From positions 171,155 through 235,154 of the forward strand of contig VRVR01000051.1 in NCBI GenBank assembly GCA_009859145.1: a stretch of 64,000 nucleotides of DNA, written 5' to 3'. The DNA is from Andalucia godoyi And28 (lineage: Eukaryota; Protista; Jakobida). The position numbers and the translations under genes are program-made. The notes under the pieces were generated by a model. That model was given only the letters and a program-made list of their open reading frames with translations, was not told where the DNA came from and searched no databases. Position 1 is the stretch's first letter; every line of letters starts with the position of its first letter. Of this stretch, positions 45,254 through 55,818 are shown one piece after another.

Positions 45254-45598
45254 TCATGGTTTTCGCGGCGGGTCATTTCTAGAAGACTCGATGTTGCTCT
45301 TTAGCTTTTCCCATTGATCATGATAGGCATTCACGGTCTTGTCAAGACAGTCTCGCCCGACAACCAACAGTCTCGCTATGACCTCGGGATCCTTCTCTTG
45401 CTTTGCACTCTCAAATTCCTTTCGTGCAGATTGCTGGAGAATCACGGACCACGGATGCCCAGACTCGGAATTCCAAGAAAACCGTCGCGCCACGCGAAGA
45501 ATGTCGCGATACAGGCACAGAACCTCGCGACGCTGTCGACTGAGACTTGTTTGCACATGCGGAGCCGCTGTGTTCAGCAGCTTTGTGATCGTTTCCAT
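45254..45598 (-). CDS. LYR-motif (Complex1_LYR) mitochondrial protein
   Basis: VLCLYRDILRVAR (LYR), then ARKEFE and KDPEVIARLL, typical of the family. ATG 45598. Confidence 0.85.
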   Translation of the reverse strand: METITKLLNTAAPHVQTSLSRQRREVLCLYRDILRVARRFSWNSESGHPWSVILQQSARKEFESAKQEKDPEVIARLLVVGRDCLDKTVNAYHDQWEKLKSNIESSRNDPPRKP

Positions 45599-46221
45599 CT
45601 TTTGCTTTTCTTCTTCTTCCTTGTGTCGGATTGTTTGCACAAAGACAGAGATTTTTTGTGCGCCTGTGGAGTTCAAAGTGGGAGGAAAACGACACGAAGC
45701 AAGAGGAAACCAAAGATCTATCAGGAAGCCCCCCGGATAGCAACAGTCTTAAGAAAAGAAAGACGAAGAGGTGGGGGAAAAAAGGTAAAAAGAAAGTAAA
45801 AAGAAAAAGAGAGAAAGAAAAAGCTGCAGTGGGAACGAGGCCACTGTCAATGAATCGTGTAGATTTGTTTCCAAGAAGGCAACGAGATGGAAAGGACTCC
45901 AAATACCAGTATTACCCTCCAACCCAAAACCTCTCTCTCAAGCATTTGTCTCGCATGCTGCGCCTCTTTTTTTGGGGCATAAAATGACTTTTACAATCAG
46001 CATCAGCGCCCATAATCAATTATATGGAATCGGTTGTCAATATCCGACAGTGTCTCATTGGGCCTCGACCTGCACACCTTCAGCCATGCTATCCGATGAT
46101 ATATATACCACAGCCGTCCAGCAGTCGTTTTGGGTTGGAGGGTCATAATAATAATGATAATGATAATGAAATAATAATAATAATAAACAATTTAGTGTGA
46201 TTCGAAGGTTTGTAGGATCTA

Positions 46222-47841
46222 TCAAAACTCGACGGGTTTCAAGAATTTGCACGTATCCAGGTGCGGGCATGACTCGCACGAGTAAAGACTCTGGGCTGCT
46301 TCTCTGTCGGAAGCTGCGGCTTCTGGCAGACCCAACATGTCAAAGGCGACTGCGCGTCGCTCATACAGATTTCTGACGGGGCCATTCATTTTTTGGATAG
46401 AGACCATCTCGATGGCTCTGGTCAAGTCATCCATGGCCAGTTGAAACTTCGACTGATCCATGAACAGTTCAGCTCGTTGTTTTCTCCACTCCACCGTCCA
46501 CGGCTCTAATTCAATCGCCGTCGAAACGTCCTGTACGGCGCTGTCAAAATTGTTCATCAAGCGATGCAACAGTGATCGGTTTGCATACGCATCCACAAAC
46601 TGAGGATCCAAGGAAATTGCCCTCTGGTAGTCCTGCAAGGCGTTCGCAAACTCTCCTAATCCGACATACAACACACCTCGATTGTTCAATGCAAGCGGGG
46701 TGCTCATCTCGTCCAATTCAATCGCTCGCGAGTAGTCCGCCACGGCTTCTTCGCTCCTTCTCATGCGCTCAAGAAGTCGAGCGCGGCGAATGAAGAAAAT
46801 AGCCAAAGGCGGGGAAAGTTCCATGGCAGACGAAACCGCCTCAATCGCAACATGAAATTGCCCAAAGTGCTCAAGAATGAGAGACCGGTGGAACAGGAAG
46901 ATCGTGTCTGGATACAACGGATTCGAACCTGCATGGGCGCTCAGATGCTGCTCGATGAGCCTGCAGTCCGCGTCCGCGGCTTTCCATCGCTTCATTTGAA
47001 TGTACAGTGCAATGCGCGTAGCATACAAATGGTATGGGAAGACTCCTTTTTGGCTGATTTCGAGCGCCTTCGAAATGGCTGCCGAAATTGCATCCACCGC
47101 CTTCTTTGTTTCCCCGAGGCCTTGAGATGCCTCTGCAACGCTCTCAAGCAACAGCACGGGAGTTTCGTGTGGATCTACTTCGTCCCATTTTCTTCCTCCC
47201 AGCAGCAACCCGACCGCTTCGGCATGCCTCGACAGCAACAAAAGAGCAATGGTTCGGAGATACGACACACCGAAGATGACTTGCGGTCCTGGCGCAAACG
47301 CCGCAGAGGGAGAAATGGCGTGGGTGGATGACGATGAGTTCATGTGTGTTGTTGTAGAAGCCGGAGAACTCCACGTCGCATCAGAAGGGAGAAGTCCTGC
47401 GGGCGACGCGGAGCAGGAAGATGCATTTGGAAGTGGAGCGCAGGAAGCCGGATACCCCAAAGTAGACGGAAGAGGAGGGGGATGTGCGTACTGTGGTCTG
47501 TAAACAAGTTCCGGGGAAACCACGAAATGCTGCAAAAACGAGACGTCGTCCTCTGTTGGCTTGCGACCCAACGAGGAAGCTCGGACGAGAATAAGAACGA
47601 CTCTTGCGGAGTTCACAGCAGAAGCAGACCGAAGCCCAGCAGAAGAAACACCCGCGTCTGCGACTGAGGAGTTTAAAATCATGTCCTCAAGAGCCTTGAC
47701 GACTTCCCGAACTGGCACCTGCCAAGCATAGTACTTGCATAGAATCGAAAATGCTGCATAGTCCATGGACGACAGCAGACTGGAGGCCGTCGCAAAATCC
47801 CCTGCGAGAAACGACTGAAACGCACGCGATTGTTCCAACAT
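46222..47841 (-). CDS. TPR-repeat protein
   Basis: C-terminal ~34-aa repeats (AVADYSRAIELD, ALNNRGVLY...ALQDYQRAISLDP, AYANRSLLH...AVQDVSTAIELEP, AMDDLTRAIEM). ATG 47841. Confidence 0.8.
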   Translation of the reverse strand: MLEQSRAFQSFLAGDFATASSLLSSMDYAAFSILCKYYAWQVPVREVVKALEDMILNSSVADAGVSSAGLRSASAVNSARVVLILVRASSLGRKPTEDDVSFLQHFVVSPELVYRPQYAHPPPLPSTLGYPASCAPLPNASSCSASPAGLLPSDATWSSPASTTTHMNSSSSTHAISPSAAFAPGPQVIFGVSYLRTIALLLLSRHAEAVGLLLGGRKWDEVDPHETPVLLLESVAEASQGLGETKKAVDAISAAISKALEISQKGVFPYHLYATRIALYIQMKRWKAADADCRLIEQHLSAHAGSNPLYPDTIFLFHRSLILEHFGQFHVAIEAVSSAMELSPPLAIFFIRRARLLERMRRSEEAVADYSRAIELDEMSTPLALNNRGVLYVGLGEFANALQDYQRAISLDPQFVDAYANRSLLHRLMNNFDSAVQDVSTAIELEPWTVEWRKQRAELFMDQSKFQLAMDDLTRAIEMVSIQKMNGPVRNLYERRAVAFDMLGLPEAAASDREAAQSLYSCESCPHLDTCKFLKPVEF

Positions 47842-48862
47842 GATGGCGTCGTGAACGCTCCGACAGAAATCAAAAAAAAAATAATTATTCAAAAAGGAAA
47901 AACTAAAAGCCAAAGGAAAGAAAACAACAACAACGCGAGATGAAGAGGATGTGAAGAAATCGCTCAATCACGTTTTCCCAAACCGATCGCAAACAGGAAT
48001 GCAAAAAACAAAAGGAAAAGAAAAACAACGGGAGATGCCCGCGTACAAAGATTCAGCGCGAGCGGATGCAAACACCGTCTAGAAGCCTCCGCAAAAAATC
48101 AAAAACAAAAACAAAAACAGACGCTAACGAAAAACAAACAGCAAAAGAAAAAGAAGAGAGCGCAAATTGACACACCTGAACGAAAAGCAGAGAAATCTGA
48201 GCGAGTGAAGAAGAGGGGAGAGGCGGAACACGAGGCAGGAAAGCAAAAAACGACATCAAAGGGAAGAGAGAAATCGATGGGGGCTGTTGAGGGGGGTGGT
48301 CGGGGAAATTTTTTCTTTTTGTGATTGGGCAGAAGTACGTGAGAGCAGACGCGACAGTAGCTGTGGAAACAGTGAAACCTCCGATGAGCGGCAGATGCGT
48401 GGAGGTTGACGGGACCCGACTTGGGGGGTGCGACTGTAATGTTGGCTAAACTTAGACGGCGGTTTCGGATTTGCTTGGGTCGTCACGTGTGGTTGGTCGT
48501 ACGGCAGCTTCCAGTTGCTCCGATTGCAGAATTTGCAGGTGATCAAAACATCAGGCCCCCGAGTTGCGTGGTTGTGACTGGCTGAAAGGGGGTGTGCCCC
48601 GGTGTCCAGTCCCTGAAGCTCTGCTCATGCGCAAGTCCAAAGATGGAAAGCAGAGAGACAAATCAGGGAGCACAGGCAGTCGAACTGTTTTCTCGCACGT
48701 TGTCGCTTGCTTCTCCCCGGGCGCACGAAATCCACGACGTGTGTGTTGTTTTTGTCTTGTTGCAAATGCGCCTGACCACGCCGGGGACCCATCGCAAGTT
48801 GGAAGGTAGAGGATGGGGGAACACTGGGCTCGTTTTTTTGTTCATTTATTCATGCATTTTCC

Positions 48863-50653
48863 TCAGATTTCTGGAATCTGAAAACTGGACAAGACGGGGA
48901 AGCGGCTGGCGGACGAATGCTGCACATGCTCATGTTCATGCGCATGCGCCACTTGAGATAACCACGTAGAAATGTATCCCTTTGTCAATAAAACACTGTT
49001 CTCTTCTTTTGGTTCTTCAGCGAATTTAGACACCGCAGACGGCGCCGTTGGCTTCGATTCGGAGGACAGTGGGAGCTGCGTCGCCGAGGATGCAGCAGAC
49101 TTACTCGGCTCGGTGCTCGGTGCTGGTGAGACTGGGTTACTTGCAGAGGGGCTTTTGGACATTAGGGGATTGGAGAAATCTTCTTCTTCCCAACCATCGT
49201 CGTCATCCCCAACCACAGAGACATCCGTCGTCATGTCGTGACGGACAAGCGCAGAGTTGAATGCTGGAGCTGGAACAGAAACTGGAGCCGGAGCCGGAGC
49301 CGGAGCCAGAGGGGTCGTGGTGGCGGCAGCAGCAGTGCCGGGTGCTGCAGCTGACTTGGAAGGAGAAGTGCTTCGCGGAGCGGCTGGAGAGGATATCTTC
49401 GACGGAACTGCGGATGCGGCTGAACCCGAACCGAGCGTCATCAGCTCCTTGTCTTCCAACGGAGTCATGTTCTCCCGAAGAGATATGCGGACGAGGCTCC
49501 GGTAGCGCTGCAGCAGAACAATCAGCGGCTTGTACACCTTGATGTCCTGCATGGACCAGTGCATGTCGAGCATCACATCGATTTCGCGAAGCATTGGCAA
49601 GCGGAAGGCCGCTTGCAGATCCCAATCAGAGATGCGACCCCGGACCGTGTGGATATTCGGGGCGTCGATCCCGCACAAGAATGGAAATGTCCGAAGCGAC
49701 AGGAGACTGGTGCTGCCCGAGTCTGGTCGAGCGACAGACACCAACGAAGGCAGTCGTGGCAACCGTGCATCCATTCCAGACATTTTCTTTGATATCTTGT
49801 TTTCTATCGTCATTACACTGTACCGCGCACAAGATTCATTCAACAGCAGCGTCGAACGAACTCGGCATCCGATGAAGACGTGCGTCAGCGTGATCGGAAG
49901 ACTTTTGAGTTCCAACAGGAACAGAGGCACGTTCCCCGAGTCAAGGTGCAAATGTCTCAGGCGCTTGCACGACTTCAGGTCGACGGCGATAACGCCAGGT
50001 GAGTTGGAGTGCAGAATACGAACGTCGATCGACGACAGATATACCATTCTCGACGTCGCGACGTCCAGAATCTCCGAAATGCTCTCTGGTTTCATAGACT
50101 TGTGCCGTCCATCTTCCACTGAAATCTTGTCCACGTGGATCCAAAGGTTGAAATGCTTGGAAGTTCCCGCAGGAGAAGCCGCACCGTCCGACGCACCATA
50201 GGACTTTTGCCGTCTGGGACTGGAAGAAAGCAATGCAGCTTCCGCACTGCTGACGCTATCCGAAATAAGGCTCTTATCCACCCATCTGTTCTGAGCAACA
50301 ACAATGTGCCGCATAATTGTCCAGTCGTCAAGAGAGCGAATCGCCACTCGTCGGTACAGCGCTGGAGACTGGAAAATGCATCGATGCACAGTCGAACGGA
50401 TCGTGTGCAGACGCGTTCGTTCGCGAATCGAAAGGAACGACAAGATTCGCACCCAGATGTCATCAGACAAGCAGCGCGCATCTTCTCGTGACATTTCGGC
50501 GGACTTTCTTTTTCGTCTGTTTGGTACGCTTCGTCGTGCCGCGTATTTTTCTTCCCCCCTATGTCCTTGTAGTTCTTTTTCGGTTATGCAGAGGTTCGAA
50601 AAGGCCAAGCCTCCAAACGAACCAGCCGTCGTTGCTGGGGTAAACCGGGGCAT
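48863..50653 (-). CDS. F-box protein with LRR-like region and low-complexity C-terminus
   Basis: LSDDIWVRILSFLSIRERTRL is an F-box motif; later LKSCKRLRHLHL and LPMLREIDV are LRR-like. Start may be ATG 50653 or 50725. Confidence 0.65.
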   Translation of the reverse strand: MPRFTPATTAGSFGGLAFSNLCITEKELQGHRGEEKYAARRSVPNRRKRKSAEMSREDARCLSDDIWVRILSFLSIRERTRLHTIRSTVHRCIFQSPALYRRVAIRSLDDWTIMRHIVVAQNRWVDKSLISDSVSSAEAALLSSSPRRQKSYGASDGAASPAGTSKHFNLWIHVDKISVEDGRHKSMKPESISEILDVATSRMVYLSSIDVRILHSNSPGVIAVDLKSCKRLRHLHLDSGNVPLFLLELKSLPITLTHVFIGCRVRSTLLLNESCARYSVMTIENKISKKMSGMDARLPRLPSLVSVARPDSGSTSLLSLRTFPFLCGIDAPNIHTVRGRISDWDLQAAFRLPMLREIDVMLDMHWSMQDIKVYKPLIVLLQRYRSLVRISLRENMTPLEDKELMTLGSGSAASAVPSKISSPAAPRSTSPSKSAAAPGTAAAATTTPLAPAPAPAPVSVPAPAFNSALVRHDMTTDVSVVGDDDDGWEEEDFSNPLMSKSPSASNPVSPAPSTEPSKSAASSATQLPLSSESKPTAPSAVSKFAEEPKEENSVLLTKGYISTWLSQVAHAHEHEHVQHSSASRFPVLSSFQIPEI

Positions 50654-51042
50654 TTTTTTTTTTGCAGCACTGCAGAGAATTACAGCGGCCCAAAGCGGCC
50701 TTTCCTCGAGCTTCGGACAATGCATGACGATGCTTACGCAGGTAATCAAAAAATAAATAGAATGAAAAGAAATGAAAAGAAAAGAAAGAACGAACATTTC
50801 GTGCAGGACCTGTGGGCAGAAGGTCTTTGGGAGCTTGAGCGTGTGTTGGATGGCTTCGAAAAGCACGACGGAATACCTTTGATACGCGCGGGTGGGAACG
50901 TTTTTCATTTTACGGGGGGGGGGAAGGGAAAAGAAAAGAGGCCGGGGGGAAAAGAGGGATTGGGGAAACTCCGAAGAAGAAGAAAAAATAATGGAAAAAA
51001 AAAACTAAAAATGCGAGAGCACATGCAGTGAACAAGGACACG

Positions 51043-52509
51043 TTACTTCTCTTCGACGCGCTCAATAATGGCGACGCCGCCCATTCCGCCTGCAGCGCAC
51101 ACCGACAGCAGCGCATATCGCTTTCCTGTTCTACGAAGTTGGTTGGATGCCGATGCAACGAGTCTTCCACCAGTCGCCGCGAATGGGTGTCCAATAGCAA
51201 TCGACGAGCCGCATGGGTTGATCTTCTCAAGCGGGATCTTACCGATGACCTTCTTGCCGGCTGGCAGATATTCCTGGGGAATTCTCTTCGCACAAAATTC
51301 TTCATTTGCGAGAACAGCCACCGTGCACAACACCTGCGCCGCGAACGCCTCGTGAAGCTCAAATATGTCAATGTCGTCGAGCGTGAGGCCAGCGTCAAAC
51401 AACGCCCGGGGGATGGCCAGCGCTGGAGCCAGAAGCAACTGCGGATACGGATCCACTGCACAGTTGATGAACGCGACGAGACGAATATCCGTTGGAAGCC
51501 CCAGTGCCTTGGCCTTTGCTTCCGACACGACAAGCACGGCGGAGCCGCCATCCGTTAATGGGGACGAGGTTGCGGCTGTAACAGACGCTTCAGCCCCCGA
51601 ACGGAAACACGGACGAAGTTTCGACATCTTTCCGGAAATCTCCGGTCCGTTCGTGAGAGCGTCCTTGCGCACAATATTATCTTCAGACAACAGCTGTGCA
51701 GGATTGCGGGCCGATGGAACGGGCACAATCTCTTCGGCGAGGTAACCGTGCTTCTGTGCGGCAGCGGCCTTTGCGTGTGAAGACAGTGCGAATGCGTCTT
51801 GCGCAGACCGCGAGATTCCGTTAATTTCAGCCATTAGATCTGCGTGATATCCCATCTTCTTTCCGGTCGAGCGCTCTGCGATTTGCGGAGGAGACGGCAT
51901 CCAGGAAAGAGGCGAGCCCGCCATCTTGAAGAACGAAATCACCTTGGCAATTGGCGACTGCGACTTTCCCGCGTACTGCAGCATCGCCAAAGCATGAGTC
52001 AGGTGTCTTGGAAGCGGCAACTCGCCGTTGGACATGGAGTCCGAACCGCCAGCAATGACCACATCCGCATCGCCGTGTTCAATTCGGGACACCGCCAGCT
52101 CGATTGCCTCGAGTCCTGACAAGCATGCACGGGAGACCGTCACACCATGAATGTGCGGCGGAAGATTCAGATCCACCACGATTTCCCGAGCAATGTTTGG
52201 CGCAGCGGTGTTGAGCACAACATTTCCCCAGATGATCTCGTCAACCGCAGTCGCCGGCAGTTTTTCGCGGTACTTGTGCAGAAGACCACGAACGGAATGG
52301 ACGCCGAGATCAATCGACGTGAGATGCATCACGTCGGAAAATGCCTTTCGAAACGGTGTTCGGACACCTCCCACAATCACTGCGCGCTGCGGACGCTTCG
52401 ACGACGATCCAACAAAAGAAGCTGCGGCCTGCGGTTCCGACAGCGAGCCAGACGCAAGATGCGATGAAAGCACTGCAATTCGCCGGTGGGCCGATTCGGA
52501 CTCGCTCAT
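51043..52509 (-). CDS. 3-ketoacyl-CoA thiolase, HADHB/FadI (trifunctional enzyme beta) type, with N-terminal PTS2
   Basis: GVRTPF, NIAREIV, TVSRACLSG (catalytic Cys), ELHEAFAAQVL, GSSIAIGHPFAATGGRL (His) and CAAGGMG (Cys). HEAF, GHPF-AATG and CAAGG are the HADHB/FadI variants of these motifs. Confidence 0.93.
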   Translation of the reverse strand: MSESESAHRRIAVLSSHLASGSLSEPQAAASFVGSSSKRPQRAVIVGGVRTPFRKAFSDVMHLTSIDLGVHSVRGLLHKYREKLPATAVDEIIWGNVVLNTAAPNIAREIVVDLNLPPHIHGVTVSRACLSGLEAIELAVSRIEHGDADVVIAGGSDSMSNGELPLPRHLTHALAMLQYAGKSQSPIAKVISFFKMAGSPLSWMPSPPQIAERSTGKKMGYHADLMAEINGISRSAQDAFALSSHAKAAAAQKHGYLAEEIVPVPSARNPAQLLSEDNIVRKDALTNGPEISGKMSKLRPCFRSGAEASVTAATSSPLTDGGSAVLVVSEAKAKALGLPTDIRLVAFINCAVDPYPQLLLAPALAIPRALFDAGLTLDDIDIFELHEAFAAQVLCTVAVLANEEFCAKRIPQEYLPAGKKVIGKIPLEKINPCGSSIAIGHPFAATGGRLVASASNQLRRTGKRYALLSVCAAGGMGGVAIIERVEEK

Positions 52510-52790
52510 TCCTCAACCTCGACACAGCCTGGGGGTTCCGTCGCTCTGTACAGAAAGCACTCCGCGAGACGTTGTCCAAAAAAAAAACAAGCAAACAACA
52601 ACAAACACAAAAACACAAAAGAAAAACACACCCAAAACACACCCAAAACACACCTAGTCACAACAATAATGCTAGCTGTGGAAAAGAACGCCAGCGAGTC
52701 AAGTCTGTCGATCCGCCAATTTTCGCCGTGCACAAAAGAAACAGTTGCATAACAGTGATGGAGCCGCGGCTCGGACGGCCTCATGTCGAG

Positions 52791-52863
52791 TCGCCCATAG
52801 TTTAGGTGGTTATGACACATCCCTCTCAAGGATGAGACCCGGGTTCGAGTCCCGGTGGGCGAG
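52791..52863 (+). tRNA. tRNA-Glu (CTC)
   Basis: Acceptor TCGCCCA/TGGGCGA, anticodon stem CATCC/GGATG, loop CT-CTC-AA, T-arm CCGGG-TTCGAGT-CCCGG; T8 terminator shortly downstream. Confidence 0.95.
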
Positions 52864-53009
52864 TCAACTCCATTTTTTTTCCTCACTACAGCAGCATGAT
52901 CGGATATTTCTTGAGCATTGGAACCTCCCCAAAAACGTACCGAAACTCGACCATCCAGCAAACCCACCAAACATCAACGAGCATGTGGTGCCTTCTTCTC
53001 TTCCCTCGC

Positions 53010-53011
<2 letters not shown>

Positions 53012-53048
<37 letters not shown>
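53012..53048. repeat. (GT)n microsatellite
   Basis: Direct reading. Confidence 0.95.
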
Positions 53049-53051
<3 letters not shown>

Positions 53052-53289
53052 GGCTTGGTTTGAACAGTGCGTTTCTTTTTTTCTTTCTTTTTGGTCGAGG
53101 CTCCGATTCTGGTTTGATTTGTACTGATAACAGAAGTTCGCTGACTGCATGCGACTGCCGCGCAGTTCATTATTAGCTAGATTCGCTCTTTCCATTCAGT
53201 CGCGGTCCCAGCAGAAGCAGCGCTACTCCAAGAAAACCTGCTCGACACCGCTATTTTCGCTCGGGCGGCATCGTACGAAATACAGCAAC

Positions 53290-55704
53290 ATGACTTCGTG
53301 GTTGGGAAGCATTGGTGGCCTTTTCGAAGGCGCGTATTCGCAGATGGAAATGCTTTCGGGGGCGATTGATGTCTTGATTATCGAGCATGACGACGGGTCT
53401 TTGAAGTCGTCGCCTTTCCACGTGCGGTTCGGCCGGCTGAAGTGCCTGCGATCAAGAGAAAAACTTGTTCGACTGCGCGTCAATGGCGAGCTCACAAACA
53501 TTCACATGAAGATTGGCTATGCAGGTGAAGCGTTTTTCATCCACGACGACCCTTCGCTTTCTGGCCAGTACAGGTTGCAAAGCGAGCAGAAGAAGCATGA
53601 ACACGATCATGATCGTGATCGTAGTGCGTCAATGGAAGTGCAGAATGACCTGCCTCGCGATGTTTTGAGACGTGAGCGCGACCTTGAGAAGGGCTCGATG
53701 CAAGGCGTTGCGGGGGCTGTGGTTGAAGACCAGAGCCTGCGCACCCAGCAGTCGGCTACAGCACACTCTGCGTCGCTAGTGGAAGCAGACACGGCGTTGC
53801 TTCTCAAGAATCTATCCCGCGAGGGTCTTGCGAGTCACGAGGAGTTGGTCGGAGCAACCGATTCGGATCCGGCATCTCGAATGTCTCGTGTTTCGTCCGA
53901 GACAAGCTTTACTCTTGAGGATCCTGGAAGGCACTCTCCGGTGACATCGGCATCGACGTCTGGATCGCCGTCTGGGATAAGGAAAGGCTCGCCGGACAGG
54001 GCAGTCTCCAAGTCCAGTGGCCATCATATGGATGAAGAAGATATGATGTGGAGGTTTGACGAAGAGGACGAGCAAGCCGAAAGAGTCGCTGCGGTAGGAG
54101 GGGAAATGGCAGGGGTAGATTACGGCGGCGATAGTCGCCAGCGATCGCCCGTGGATCCGCAACCACCGTCATGCAGTTTGTTGTTGATTGATCCGGATCT
54201 CGTGGCGCCAGACAACATCACGTTTCCAAGCGATGCCCCGAGGAGGTCATATTCACCGAATCCCCTTGGACCATCGGCAGAAATGGCGTCAGATCAGATT
54301 CCTGGCGGGACAGAGTATCTGAACGTTCCTGTCCGGAAGGTCGAGTCGGATTTGCTTTCCACAACGTCCTCCAGGAACATATCACCGGCAACCTCTCCAA
54401 CTGCGTCCCAGGCCGGATCTCCGGGTCGCTCACCAACTCTCCGATCGTTCTTTTCCTGGCTTTCAGGAAGGGAAAAGGCTCCGCCTGCTTCCGAATCGCC
54501 GTCGCTTCTGCGAGAGAACAGCAGCAGCAGCAGCAGCACAGACTCCATGTCATCAGCTGGATCTCCGCTTACTACACAGTCGGAATCGAATGCAAAGCAC
54601 ATGATTGCGAGTGTTGCTAGAAAGACGGAACCGCGAAAGCTCGGTTTTAATCTCATGGGGCGGTCTGCTGCAAAGGAAAAGGACAACAAGTCGTTTCTGC
54701 TGTCAGATTCCGAACAGGTGGCAGCAGCAGCAGCCATCCTCGATACTGCCAAGCGAGCAGAAGACACTGAAAAGGAGGCCAAGGCCGTGGGCAATGACGA
54801 CCTCAACAAGCTCATGCGCAAAGTAGAAACCTTGAACGTCCGAACCGCACAAGCTGCAGCAACAAAGTTTGAGCCCAGTCTGACACCAAAGGACGAGGAC
54901 TTGAAGGAGCTGCGGAAGTTTCTCAAGCCGGGCGCGAACTCGATTGAGTTTGAAGTGTTTTCCCGGATTCAGGGCACCCAGAGAGTGTCGTCTCGCCTGT
55001 TTCTTTGGCCTGCGTCTGCAAGAGTGGTTATCAGTGACGTCGACGGCACGATCACGAAGTCGGATTTAATGGGTCAGATACTGCCGCTGTTCGGCAAGGA
55101 CTGGACGCACTCCGGCATTGGTGATTTTTATTCAAACGTGCTGAAGAACGGATATTCATTCTTGTACCTGACGACTCGATCGATTGTGCAAGCGAACATG
55201 ACCACCAAGCTGATTCAAAGTGCGAATCTGCCAGAGGGTCCCGTATTAACCTCTCCAGATTTGATCCTGCATTGCTTGGCCCGCGAAGTCATTCTGCGAA
55301 CGCCTCAGGAATTCAAGATCGCTGCACTCCGCAAAGTTCAGAGTTTGTTTCCTCCTGCGCGTGCCCCCCACGTGTTTTATGCGGGATTTGGCAACCGCCC
55401 GACAGACCAGCTGTCTTACGAAACCGTGGGCGTCCCTGCATCCAAGGTGTTTTTGATTGATACAAAGTCGCACCTGAAGATCCTGCACACGCAGTTTGAA
55501 TCGTACACTGGATTGAACGACGCGGTGGACCATTTGTTTCCGCCAGTTCGGCCTATTTCTTCGTCTCTCGGGAAGAAATCCGAAGATGTGCAGCCTGCGA
55601 CGTCTGCATACGCCGATTTCATGTACTGGAAAGGCGAAAATAACTGGCTGGTGGATTTGGAGAAGGAGATCCTTGCTGCGGACAAGGCGAAAGGGACAAA
55701 GTAA
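53290..55704 (+). CDS. LPIN: Lipin / Pah1 Mg-dependent phosphatidate phosphatase
   Basis: N-LIP (LSGAIDV, SSPFHVRFG, NGE...MKIGYAGEAFF) and C-LIP HAD domain (VISDVDGTITKSD, WTHSGI, FYAGFGNR-x-TD). ATG 53290. Confidence 0.95.
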   Translation: MTSWLGSIGGLFEGAYSQMEMLSGAIDVLIIEHDDGSLKSSPFHVRFGRLKCLRSREKLVRLRVNGELTNIHMKIGYAGEAFFIHDDPSLSGQYRLQSEQKKHEHDHDRDRSASMEVQNDLPRDVLRRERDLEKGSMQGVAGAVVEDQSLRTQQSATAHSASLVEADTALLLKNLSREGLASHEELVGATDSDPASRMSRVSSETSFTLEDPGRHSPVTSASTSGSPSGIRKGSPDRAVSKSSGHHMDEEDMMWRFDEEDEQAERVAAVGGEMAGVDYGGDSRQRSPVDPQPPSCSLLLIDPDLVAPDNITFPSDAPRRSYSPNPLGPSAEMASDQIPGGTEYLNVPVRKVESDLLSTTSSRNISPATSPTASQAGSPGRSPTLRSFFSWLSGREKAPPASESPSLLRENSSSSSSTDSMSSAGSPLTTQSESNAKHMIASVARKTEPRKLGFNLMGRSAAKEKDNKSFLLSDSEQVAAAAAILDTAKRAEDTEKEAKAVGNDDLNKLMRKVETLNVRTAQAAATKFEPSLTPKDEDLKELRKFLKPGANSIEFEVFSRIQGTQRVSSRLFLWPASARVVISDVDGTITKSDLMGQILPLFGKDWTHSGIGDFYSNVLKNGYSFLYLTTRSIVQANMTTKLIQSANLPEGPVLTSPDLILHCLAREVILRTPQEFKIAALRKVQSLFPPARAPHVFYAGFGNRPTDQLSYETVGVPASKVFLIDTKSHLKILHTQFESYTGLNDAVDHLFPPVRPISSSLGKKSEDVQPATSAYADFMYWKGENNWLVDLEKEILAADKAKGTK

Positions 55705-55818
55705 GAAAGCGTCGAATCGATGACGTTATGGTGGGGTGGGGGATCAAATACCTTTTATTGATACACGGCACGGGGGGCAGAGACCACCCAGTGGCAAAAA
55801 ACGCCGAGCACGTGGCAA

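Noticed and set aside
48583-48585. Possible selenocysteine TGA joining two + strand ORFs (…VVVTG*KGVCP…)
   Set aside because: No redox motif or selenoprotein similarity, flanking translations are not convincingly protein-like, and no SECIS was identified.
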